Source: a virus (taxonomy: Duplodnaviria > Caudoviricetes). From it: a DNA stretch of 64,000 bases. Shown piece by piece: positions 26,507 through 34,934 of this stretch. The stretch lies in IMG/VR virus record IMGVR_UViG_3300020420_000671. One strand, 5' to 3'. A program made the position numbers and the translations under genes. Below the pieces are notes generated by a model. The model ran no database searches. It saw only the letters and a list, made by a program, of their open reading frames with translations, and was not told the DNA's origin. Position 1 is the stretch's first letter; the number at the start of each line of letters is the position of its first letter.

Positions 26507-29500
26507 AATTTGGTGATTTCAAAGTAAAAGAAGAAGCCGCTGGCGTTGGCATAATTACAAAACAAAACGCAACCAAAGATGTTCCTGTTGGCGGTGAATA
26601 TATGAATGTGAAAAAACTTGGTTTGGGCAAAGGTAAGCCAAAAAAACATCCTAAAAAAGTACGAGGATCAAAGACCAATGTATTATTCAATTTAGGAATG
26701 GCCGAGAAGGAAGACAAAGGCGAAGACATGAAAGGTTTTGATCCTGAAACAGTACAAGCCCTAGCTAGACTTAGATCCAAATATCCACATGCCAAAGATC
26801 CGTTAGACGCACTTCTAAAATCAGTTCTTGCTACAGATAGAGATAACGATGCTGTTGACGATACGCAAGATGATAAGATCAGTAAAAACAAAACAACGGT
26901 TAGTAAACTTGAACCTGAGATTATAAGATTAAAAAGCAGATTGAGAGATGTAGAACTTCAGTTGAAAAATAAAGTGAAGGTAGGAGAGGCAGAACAATTA
27001 GACGAATTTATCCCCGCAGTGGCCGCAAGAATTGCTACTAGTGTTTTACCTAACATCGCAAAAAATTCTTCGCACCTAGGAGCCACAGGAGCTGGTACAG
27101 CAATAGGTGATAAGTTATTCAAACAGATTAAAAAAACTAGAAATGCCAATAAAGGTGTAGGACTAAAGGGTAGAAATCTAAGAGCTAAACAACTTTCACA
27201 AACCAATGAAGTTACAGCAAAGGATTTAAGTAGCGACAGCGAAGTTTACGTCGATATGGATGGCGTTCTAGCTGATTTCTTTGGTGCTTGGAAAAAACTT
27301 GTAGGTAAAGATTGGCGACAAATAAAAGATTTAGATGGAGCGTTACAGAAGATTAGGGATAAGGAAGATTTTTGGTTAAACATTCCTATTACTTCAAATG
27401 CTATGAATCTTTTAAATTTGATAAAAGAACTTAAAGGCAAATATAATATATTAAGTGCTCCTCTTCCAAACGATCCTAATGCTGAACCCCACAAACGTGA
27501 ATGGATCAAAAAGAATCTATCAGCCTTTCCACCGAGCAAGGTTATAATTACATCTAATAAAGCAGTACACGCTACCCAACCAGACGGAACACCAAACATC
27601 CTAATAGATGACTTTGGGAAAAATATTGAAAAATGGGAAGCGGCAGGCGGTGTTGGATTCAAACACAAGGATCACAAGTTTGAAAGAACTGTTAAAAATC
27701 TTAAACAAAATATGAAAGAAGATCTAGAAGAGCAACAGTTAGATGAATTTTTTCAATATTTTAAAATGTTAAAATATGGTTGGAAAACAGGCATGTGGCT
27801 GTGGAACAACAAATGGGCTATTGCGTTTATAGGCATTTCTTACAAGGCTTTTAAATGGGTTGCTGATGCTATAGCATGGCTTAAACCCTTCCTTGACAAT
27901 CCAGTAGTAAAAGCATTAGGAAGATATGGATTACCTGCTATAGGAGTTGCTATTGCGTTATATGGTGGAAAAAAACTATACGACCAAATAACAAAAGCAG
28001 AGAACGAAAAAGACTTGGAAAAAATATTAGCAAACTTTGAAGCAGATCAAGAAGAACTTGCTATGCTTAAAAAAGAATTAGAAATTATATCGAAAAAAAG
28101 CAAAACTACTGAAGCAAAAATGAGCAAAGATTCCATTAAAAGCATACACAAAACAGCTGACAAAATTAAAGATAAACCAAAAGCCAAAAAGTCAATAGGC
28201 AATTGGGCAAAAGAAAGAGGAATGGATCCTGAAGGAGCAATTTACGCAATAGCTACAAATATGAAAAAGCGTAAGCAAGGAAAAAAAATTACAGGATTAG
28301 GCAAGGAGTCTTACACAAGAGATGAACTTCCACAAATAAGTCAAAAACATTTAGTGAAGATTCCGCACACGATGGAAACTGTTTATGTCAAAGACATAGT
28401 CCCAGTACAAAAAGAAAGATTAAAAGAAAATCATAAAAAACAACTTTACAAAATACTAGATGGAAGATTTAATCCTATTGTGGTAGACTGTTACGATAGA
28501 ATAGTCAACGGTCATCACAGATATGACATCCTTAAAATGCTTCAGATGGAAAGCATTACAGTTGCTAAACTTCCTTTTACATTAGAATTTTTATTAGAAA
28601 TAACTAGAAGAGATTTCTTAAAAGGGCTTGGCGCCACAGCGGCAATGTCCATGGTACCGAAGGCCGCAAAAGCGTTGGCCAACAACAAGGAACAATGGTA
28701 TGTTATAGATGAAAAAGGCAGATTACAAGGACCTATGGATAGTAATAAAGCAAAAACTGTATCCATTGCTTATCCAAAAAAATTACCGGCTATAGAACCT
28801 GCTCCTGAAGGTTTTGAAATAATAATTGCCCAAGGATCAAGTACTAAATTGAATATGGCTTTTACAAAAGCCGAGTTTGCTATAAAGAAAATATATGCTA
28901 GAAGATTTCCTGGAAAGACTGTGAATGTAAATCGCAAAATAATTAAATTACAGGGTAGAGCAATAGAGGCGGCAGGTTCATCTTATGTAGCTACTCAGAG
29001 TGCTTATGTTAAGAAAACTACAGAAGAAAGCGTTGAAGAAGGAAATTTATTATCAAATCCACAGAACTCTATTTTGGTTAGAAAAAAAGATGGTTATGAC
29101 CATTATAAACTTGCCACGCACATAGCAAACATAAAAGGAATGTCACCAAAGGTTGCCGCTAGGAATAAGCAAGACATATTCATTCAATTTTATGGTGGTG
29201 AAAAAGAAAAACAATACATGATGAAAAATCTTAAACGTATAGGATATGATGTACAACCTGCTGATGGATATAAAGATACACATTTCGACGAAAACATAGA
29301 CGGATCATACATATTAAGAGTGAGAGAAAATTTTGCTGATGGTAAGAAAAAAGGTAAAAGTAGACCAGGACGTGTTAAACGTTCAGGAGCAAGTTGTAAA
29401 GGATCAGTTACAAGTTTAAGAGCAAAAGCAAAGAAAGCATCAGGTGAACGTGCTAAGATGTATCATTGGTGTGCTAATATGAAGGGTGGTAAAAAGAAAA

Positions 29501-30423
29501 CTGAAGCATATACCCAAGATGAATTTTTTAAAATTTTAGTAGAAAGTACTCCACAACAGCTCGAAGAAGGTATAGCAGATACACTTAAAAAACTTCCTAA
29601 GAATTTATTATCAAAAGTGACACCTATAATTAAAAAGATCCCAAAGACAGCAAAAAATTTAACCTTAATGGCAGTATTGCTTGGTACAATGGTAAATGCT
29701 GTTGCGGCAGGAGATATGGCCAAAGTCAATACACCACTTGATAAACTTAATAATATGACAACTATGAGCACTACAATGGACACAGGTACTGATGCTGACG
29801 TTGGGCCAGGGCATACAATGCCTGACAAAATAAAGGTATTAAAAATGCCAACACCTCCACCAGCACCGGGTGCAGATACTCCAGATGGAACAAAAAATGA
29901 TGGTACAAACACACAGACAACAAAAGATGGTAATCGTACTGTGTCAAGTGGAGCAGGTACATATACATTTTCACCAGATGGGAAATTATTAAAGTATGAA
30001 ACTCCTAAAATAAAAGGATATCAACAAATACATGATCTAGTTAAAAAAACAGTCACAGTTGATGCTAATACATCTGTTACAATGGACAAAGATTTTGGTA
30101 ACTTATCCAAAGCAGATAAAGAATTATTGAAAAAGAATGATCCTAATTTTGATAAAAGTACATCAGTAATAGATCAAAAAGCAACTTATGACATGAGCGG
30201 TAACCTTATAAGCAAAGATCATACTGGTATAAAGTCCGGAGCAGTATCGATTGGTATTGGTGGAGATGGAAATAAGAGTTTTAAATTTGACGCAGGAGGA
30301 GGAAAGGTATATAAAGCAAGTAGTGCCGATATGCCAGCGGCTAAGAAAACTTTAAGCAAAATGCAGACGGATTTGAACAAAGCAAAAGATCAGAGTGCGC
30401 CATTTGCAAACAAATCGACCTAG
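26503..30423 (+). CDS. Modular polyprotein (HAD 5'-nucleotidase, membrane segment, ParB/Srx-like domain, Tat-signal domain, basic module, Sec-signal domain)
   Basis: DMDGVLADF...ILIDD HAD motifs; PIVVD...IVNGHHR ParB-like motif; TRRDFLKG; modules bounded by xLxE-type linkers. Confidence 0.7.
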   Translation: MKFGDFKVKEEAAGVGIITKQNATKDVPVGGEYMNVKKLGLGKGKPKKHPKKVRGSKTNVLFNLGMAEKEDKGEDMKGFDPETVQALARLRSKYPHAKDPLDALLKSVLATDRDNDAVDDTQDDKISKNKTTVSKLEPEIIRLKSRLRDVELQLKNKVKVGEAEQLDEFIPAVAARIATSVLPNIAKNSSHLGATGAGTAIGDKLFKQIKKTRNANKGVGLKGRNLRAKQLSQTNEVTAKDLSSDSEVYVDMDGVLADFFGAWKKLVGKDWRQIKDLDGALQKIRDKEDFWLNIPITSNAMNLLNLIKELKGKYNILSAPLPNDPNAEPHKREWIKKNLSAFPPSKVIITSNKAVHATQPDGTPNILIDDFGKNIEKWEAAGGVGFKHKDHKFERTVKNLKQNMKEDLEEQQLDEFFQYFKMLKYGWKTGMWLWNNKWAIAFIGISYKAFKWVADAIAWLKPFLDNPVVKALGRYGLPAIGVAIALYGGKKLYDQITKAENEKDLEKILANFEADQEELAMLKKELEIISKKSKTTEAKMSKDSIKSIHKTADKIKDKPKAKKSIGNWAKERGMDPEGAIYAIATNMKKRKQGKKITGLGKESYTRDELPQISQKHLVKIPHTMETVYVKDIVPVQKERLKENHKKQLYKILDGRFNPIVVDCYDRIVNGHHRYDILKMLQMESITVAKLPFTLEFLLEITRRDFLKGLGATAAMSMVPKAAKALANNKEQWYVIDEKGRLQGPMDSNKAKTVSIAYPKKLPAIEPAPEGFEIIIAQGSSTKLNMAFTKAEFAIKKIYARRFPGKTVNVNRKIIKLQGRAIEAAGSSYVATQSAYVKKTTEESVEEGNLLSNPQNSILVRKKDGYDHYKLATHIANIKGMSPKVAARNKQDIFIQFYGGEKEKQYMMKNLKRIGYDVQPADGYKDTHFDENIDGSYILRVRENFADGKKKGKSRPGRVKRSGASCKGSVTSLRAKAKKASGERAKMYHWCANMKGGKKKTEAYTQDEFFKILVESTPQQLEEGIADTLKKLPKNLLSKVTPIIKKIPKTAKNLTLMAVLLGTMVNAVAAGDMAKVNTPLDKLNNMTTMSTTMDTGTDADVGPGHTMPDKIKVLKMPTPPPAPGADTPDGTKNDGTNTQTTKDGNRTVSSGAGTYTFSPDGKLLKYETPKIKGYQQIHDLVKKTVTVDANTSVTMDKDFGNLSKADKELLKKNDPNFDKSTSVIDQKATYDMSGNLISKDHTGIKSGAVSIGIGGDGNKSFKFDAGGGKVYKASSADMPAAKKTLSKMQTDLNKAKDQSAPFANKST

Positions 30424-30444
30424 GAAATAAAGGTAAATAATACT

Positions 30445-30663
30445 ATGTTAGTTAGAGAAATAATTAAGGAATACGCTACACAAGGAGCGACTGTCGCAGG
30501 TAATGTACCAGCAGTAGCGAACCCTAGTATGGCTTATGGACATAGACCTAAGGGTAAAAATGGCTTACCACAAGCTCCACAAAAGAAAAACAAGGATGGA
30601 ACAGCTAAAAACGCATTGGATATTAGTAACAATTTAATGGGCGGTAAGACCATTAAGAGATAA
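30445..30663 (+). CDS. Small basic putative internal head protein
   Basis: GTAAATA box 6 nt before ATG; leader MLVREIIKE. Confidence 0.55.
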   Translation: MLVREIIKEYATQGATVAGNVPAVANPSMAYGHRPKGKNGLPQAPQKKNKDGTAKNALDISNNLMGGKTIKR

Positions 30664-30682
30664 ATACTAAAAAGGAAGCAAA

Positions 30683-31618
30683 ATGAGAGAAAAGGACCTT
30701 AAAGAAGATTTAGCAACGCTGGCTTACAAAGCCGAAGCAGACCATGAAGTACAGATGGCTAGATCAGATCTATATAAAATAGCCAAATACTCTATCAAGC
30801 TACACGAAATGATGAAGGGTGTAACTGAGCAAGAGGGTATTGAAGGTTGGGTTCAATCTAAAATTACAAAAGCCGCAGATTACATAGGTTCAGTATACCA
30901 TTATCTAGACTATGAAATGAAGTTTGATGAAATGACTGAAGCTAAAAAAGCAAAACCAGATTACATTGATATTGACGGCGATGGCGATAAAAAAGAGCCA
31001 ATGAAAAAAGCAGTCAAGGATAAAGCTAAGAAGAAAAAAGTTAAAGAAGGTATGATGGACGACGAAGTAAAATCCATACTTATGAAGCATCCAAAAGAAT
31101 TCGCAAAACTGAGAGCATCAGAAGATTTGATGGACGTTTATGGCACTCCGTTATATCAAGAATTGTTTGAATATTTTTCAGATTCAGGTGAAATGCCATA
31201 TGGTACTCAAAAGGGCAGAGACGGTGATCCTGTCCAGTGGATGAACGATGAGCTAGATGACATGGGTGTATTTGACCAACCAGAAAAAATGAATGTATCA
31301 GCCGCAGACAAAAGATTAAACACACCTGCTTTCAAAAAAATGCAAGCCGGAGATAAACGTTATAGTGATAAAACTGAAGAAACATACGAAAGTTATCTAC
31401 AGGAAAAACTTAACAAAACAAGAAAGTATAAAACACTACTGGAATCTGTTGGAAAACCAATTTCAGAAGAAGAATTTGACACCCTTGCTGAGAAACAAGA
31501 TGCTTGTTATCACAAGGTAAAGTCCAGATACAAAGTTTGGCCTAGCGCCTATGCCTCTGGTGCTCTAGTTCAGTGCCGTAAAAAGGGTGCTAAGAACTGG
31601 GGTAACAAGAGCAAGTGA
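30683..31618 (+). CDS. Modular putative internal head protein
   Basis: GATAAATA box at 30659; MREKDLKE; DIDGDGD Ca-binding-like loop; C-terminal KQDAC...VQCRKKGAKNWG module. Confidence 0.55.
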   Translation: MREKDLKEDLATLAYKAEADHEVQMARSDLYKIAKYSIKLHEMMKGVTEQEGIEGWVQSKITKAADYIGSVYHYLDYEMKFDEMTEAKKAKPDYIDIDGDGDKKEPMKKAVKDKAKKKKVKEGMMDDEVKSILMKHPKEFAKLRASEDLMDVYGTPLYQELFEYFSDSGEMPYGTQKGRDGDPVQWMNDELDDMGVFDQPEKMNVSAADKRLNTPAFKKMQAGDKRYSDKTEETYESYLQEKLNKTRKYKTLLESVGKPISEEEFDTLAEKQDACYHKVKSRYKVWPSAYASGALVQCRKKGAKNWGNKSK

Positions 31619-32388
31619 AACTAAGACAACTCATAAGCATTATCGAAAACGCTGACCAAGACAGTACAGAAGTCACTGTTGGCAATTATACCACAACACA
31701 TTTTTATATGTGTGGAAGTGCGATCAAGACAGCAGAAAAACACGGGGAAAAGCCCGGTATGGAAGATTTAGTCCGTTTACAAGATATGATTTATAAACTT
31801 GAAAAAGCAGTTATGGATACTGGCGAAGCAACATCTGAAGCAAAACAATTTGCTCAAAAATTACATAACGAAATAATGGATAAAGCAAAAGAGATTGGCA
31901 TCGAAGACGAAATTGTTGACTACCAAGAAGATCATAGAGACAGTATTTTAAAAGGCGATCCTAAGCCTGGATTTGGGCGTGTGGATGTTGAAGAAAATTG
32001 GGAAATTACAGATGAAGGTACTAGATGTTGGAAGGGTTATGAACGTAAAGGCATGAAGACCATGTTCGGAAAACGTGTACCTAACTGTGTAAAAAGAGAA
32101 CATGTAGACTATTGTGTGAACTGTGGTGATCTTGTATTTTCAGAAGATATGAATTTACATGAAGATTTAAAAAAATGGTTCAAACAAAAATGGGTCCGCT
32201 TTGGTCCAGACGGAAAAGTACGTGGATCATGCGGAGGAAAAAGTGAAGGTGAAGGAAAGCCAAAGTGTTTACCAGCCGCAAAGGCCTACGCTATGGGCAA
32301 GAAGAAAAGAAAAACTTCTGCCGCTCGTAAACGTAGGAAAGATCCTAATGCAGATAGACGTGGTAAGGCTAAAAACGTTAAAACTTAG
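31615..32388 (+). CDS. Modular putative internal head protein
   Basis: GTG start; MKLRQLISIIE; two basic two-Cys modules following Glu residues. Confidence 0.55.
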   Translation: MKLRQLISIIENADQDSTEVTVGNYTTTHFYMCGSAIKTAEKHGEKPGMEDLVRLQDMIYKLEKAVMDTGEATSEAKQFAQKLHNEIMDKAKEIGIEDEIVDYQEDHRDSILKGDPKPGFGRVDVEENWEITDEGTRCWKGYERKGMKTMFGKRVPNCVKREHVDYCVNCGDLVFSEDMNLHEDLKKWFKQKWVRFGPDGKVRGSCGGKSEGEGKPKCLPAAKAYAMGKKKRKTSAARKRRKDPNADRRGKAKNVKT

Positions 32389-32397
32389 GAGTAGAAT

Positions 32398-32511
32398 ATG
32401 GAAAACACTTGTAAATGCGATAAATGTAATCATGATTGTCACTGTGATACTGAATGCCAAGAATGCGTAAATGATATCTGTACAGGTTGTGAATGCGATC
32501 ACTGCAGATAA
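32398..32511 (+). CDS. Metallothionein-like Cys-rich peptide (37 aa, not in ORF track)
   Basis: AGGAG SD; MENTCKCDKCNHDCHCDTECQECVNDICTGCECDHCR has 11 Cys and 3 His. Confidence 0.65.
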   Translation: MENTCKCDKCNHDCHCDTECQECVNDICTGCECDHCR

Positions 32512-32627
32512 AAGACATACCTATCTACGAAAAGTGGAGTTCTAAATATAAAAAGAGCATAAACTGTTCTAATCCTAAAGGCTTTTCACAAAAAGCTCAT
32601 TGTGCCGGAAAGAAAAAGAAGAAATAA
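32493..32627 (+). CDS. 44-aa CTS-like leader plus basic two-Cys micro-protein (not in ORF track)
   Basis: MRSLQIKDIPIYE|KWSSKYKKSINCSNPKGFSQKAHCAGKKKKK. Confidence 0.6.
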   Translation: MRSLQIKDIPIYEKWSSKYKKSINCSNPKGFSQKAHCAGKKKKK

Positions 32628-32648
32628 TATCAGATAAATACATTTGAT

Positions 32649-33296
32649 ATGTCTTTTTTAGTTTGTAACACCCCAATTATTCCAGTATATGTAAAGAAAG
32701 AATATCTCTATGATTTAGAAAAAGGTCATGGCGAACTAACTCCTGGCTTTTGGATCACAGCTAAAAGTGTTATGGGTAAAGCTCTGTACTTTGAAACACT
32801 TCTAACAGATTACGGTGCTTTATTTGATAAACTTCCTATATCAGCTTTTGTTTGGAAGGAAGATTATGATAAACATAACCAACTACCATTAGATGTTTTA
32901 CAGATATGGGATTGTTTTGATTATGACATTACTATTATTAAAAAGTCTATGCTATCCAACTGTCAATTTTTTGGAAAAGATAAAAAAATGCATAACGGTG
33001 AATATCTATTTACTATTGACAATGCTCATAGGGAAAGAAATGTTATTGATACAAACTTTTCTGAACACGATCCCGAACACAAATCGTTTAACATAATTAA
33101 GTTAGACAATGGTCAGTTTGCGGCACAGCCTAACAATAGAATAATATTCACAGATCAAAGCCTAGTTCTAGGTGATAGAAAACAACCAGACTTCAAAGTG
33201 TGTACACAAAATTACACAGTAGAAAATACCCCAAAGTGGTCAGTAGGACATACAGACGAATGGCAATACAAGACAAAAGAGGAAAAAGATTTATAG
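32649..33296 (+). CDS. Hypothetical protein
   Basis: 215-aa ORF after GATAAATA box at 32633. Confidence 0.7.
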   Translation: MSFLVCNTPIIPVYVKKEYLYDLEKGHGELTPGFWITAKSVMGKALYFETLLTDYGALFDKLPISAFVWKEDYDKHNQLPLDVLQIWDCFDYDITIIKKSMLSNCQFFGKDKKMHNGEYLFTIDNAHRERNVIDTNFSEHDPEHKSFNIIKLDNGQFAAQPNNRIIFTDQSLVLGDRKQPDFKVCTQNYTVENTPKWSVGHTDEWQYKTKEEKDL

Positions 33297-33985
33297 AAGA
33301 TTATCGGCTTTATGATCTTGAAGAACGTGAACTTTATAGAAAACTTCCGCACTTACACAAGTGGTGGAATAAATTGTACCTGGCAGAAACAATGGGCTAT
33401 CAATGTGGACCAGGCGCAACTGAAATTCCTGAAACAAAAGAATACGTAATAAGACCAATTTATAATCTAGGTGGTATGGGTATATGTACCACCATTAAAG
33501 TTTTAGAACAAGGTGATATATCAAGTGTACCGCCAGGTTACTTTTGGTGTGAGTATCTTGAAGGCAACCACTATTCAGCAACATATTTTAAAGAAGATAA
33601 AGGATTTTACCACGAATGGAAACTGCTTCATAACTGGCAGGGCTGGAATGACAAATCAAACGTTGTTAAATTTACAAGATGGCTTAAATTAGATACTGCT
33701 CCGGAACTGCCCAAACAGTTAGCAGAAATAGATGTTCCTGTTATCAATGTAGAATACAAAGGTAGCAATCCTATTGAAATACATTTTAGACCAAGTGGTA
33801 ATCCAGACGGTACAACTGACAACAAATGGAATGAATACATTCCAATATGGCAAGATACAACTGAAAATTATAAAAACTCTTTAGTTGAACAAGGATATGT
33901 TTGGATCGATAATCCATTTGAAGACTGGTATGAGGATATAAAGCCATATTTTAATGAGAAGAGGTTAGGTTATTATGTACGGTAG
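33260..33985 (+). CDS. ATP-grasp-like protein
   Basis: YVIRPIYNLGGMG, FWCEYLEG.HYS, INVE...IEIHFR resemble ATP-grasp motifs; start uncertain (33200-33260). Confidence 0.4.
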   Translation: MAIQDKRGKRFIEDYRLYDLEERELYRKLPHLHKWWNKLYLAETMGYQCGPGATEIPETKEYVIRPIYNLGGMGICTTIKVLEQGDISSVPPGYFWCEYLEGNHYSATYFKEDKGFYHEWKLLHNWQGWNDKSNVVKFTRWLKLDTAPELPKQLAEIDVPVINVEYKGSNPIEIHFRPSGNPDGTTDNKWNEYIPIWQDTTENYKNSLVEQGYVWIDNPFEDWYEDIKPYFNEKRLGYYVR

Positions 33986-34421
33986 AGTAGATTTATCTAA
34001 AATAGAATATGAATTAGATAAAGAAATAGTTAATCAAAAGCCAACATTGGAAGAAGCAACTGATGTGTTTAGGGCATATTGTTTACATAAAAATTTTGCC
34101 AGTGTACATCCATTATATCAAGATGACATAAATTTATTTGAATGGAATTGTCTATATGAAAACGCCAAACTCATTGCTTGGGAACAAACATTGTTATATC
34201 CAAATGATAAGATTGGAATGAGTATTCAATTCGCATGGAATTATGAGGAACCCACAAAACAAATAGGTTGGAGATTTAGTCATCACGTTCCGGCCTGGTT
34301 AAAGTCTATAGGGTATAAGTACTTATACTTGGGAGATCATCACGAGTATAAAGCCAAAATAAAAGGATATGAAGTTTTAGCTCCAATTAGTAAACATATA
34401 GATGGAACATTTTCAAAATGA
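33975..34421 (+). CDS. GNAT/aminoacyl-transferase (ATE C-terminal)-like protein
   Basis: QFAWNYEEP..QIG...LKSIGYKYLYLG resembles the ATE_C YDP..SLG...G..YxYLG pattern. Confidence 0.4.
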   Translation: MYGRVDLSKIEYELDKEIVNQKPTLEEATDVFRAYCLHKNFASVHPLYQDDINLFEWNCLYENAKLIAWEQTLLYPNDKIGMSIQFAWNYEEPTKQIGWRFSHHVPAWLKSIGYKYLYLGDHHEYKAKIKGYEVLAPISKHIDGTFSK

Positions 34422-34615
34422 CACCAGAATTTCGGAAAGAAGCATACCGAAGATTTTGGATGATAAAAGGTCATTTAGGTTGCCATAATTGGTCTGACGA
34501 CGATATTATTTCAATGAACGATTCCTACTTAAAAAGACTTTGGCATAATGAAGAAGCATATATACATTCAGAAGGTTTTGAAGAAGCATATCAAAAATTA
34601 TTACAAAATGGTTAA
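34418..34615 (+). CDS. Hypothetical protein
   Basis: Coupled small ORF. Confidence 0.55.
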   Translation: MTPEFRKEAYRRFWMIKGHLGCHNWSDDDIISMNDSYLKRLWHNEEAYIHSEGFEEAYQKLLQNG

Positions 34616-34622
34616 ATTTTAC

Positions 34623-34651
34623 TTGACAAAACAACAAAAATACATTATAAT
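34623..34651 (+). promoter_or_regulatory. Consensus sigma70 promoter
   Basis: TTGACA-17 nt-TATAAT heading the replication operon. Confidence 0.8.
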
Positions 34652-34673
34652 TAGGCAACACTAGGAGAATATT

Positions 34674-34934
34674 ATGAGTGATAGAGTTTATGGACAAGAC
34701 GAAAAGGCAAAACTAGAAAGACTAGTAAATGAAGGCGCCACTGTTTTACAAGAAATTAATGATCTTCAAGAAGGTCTTAAAGAAACAGTCAAAGCAGTTT
34801 CAGAAGAATTGAACGTAAAGACAGCATTAATTAACAAAGCGATTAAGGTAGCACACAAAGGTGACTGGCATAAAGTTGCTGATGAATTTGAAGACCTTGA
34901 AACTCTTGTTACTACTGTTGGAAAAGACAAGTAG
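34674..34934 (+). CDS. Small dsDNA-binding protein (GapR/T4 DsbA-like)
   Basis: Helical pattern LERLVNE...EGLKETVKAV.EELNVKTALINKAIK; sits just before polB. Confidence 0.45.
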   Translation: MSDRVYGQDEKAKLERLVNEGATVLQEINDLQEGLKETVKAVSEELNVKTALINKAIKVAHKGDWHKVADEFEDLETLVTTVGKDK

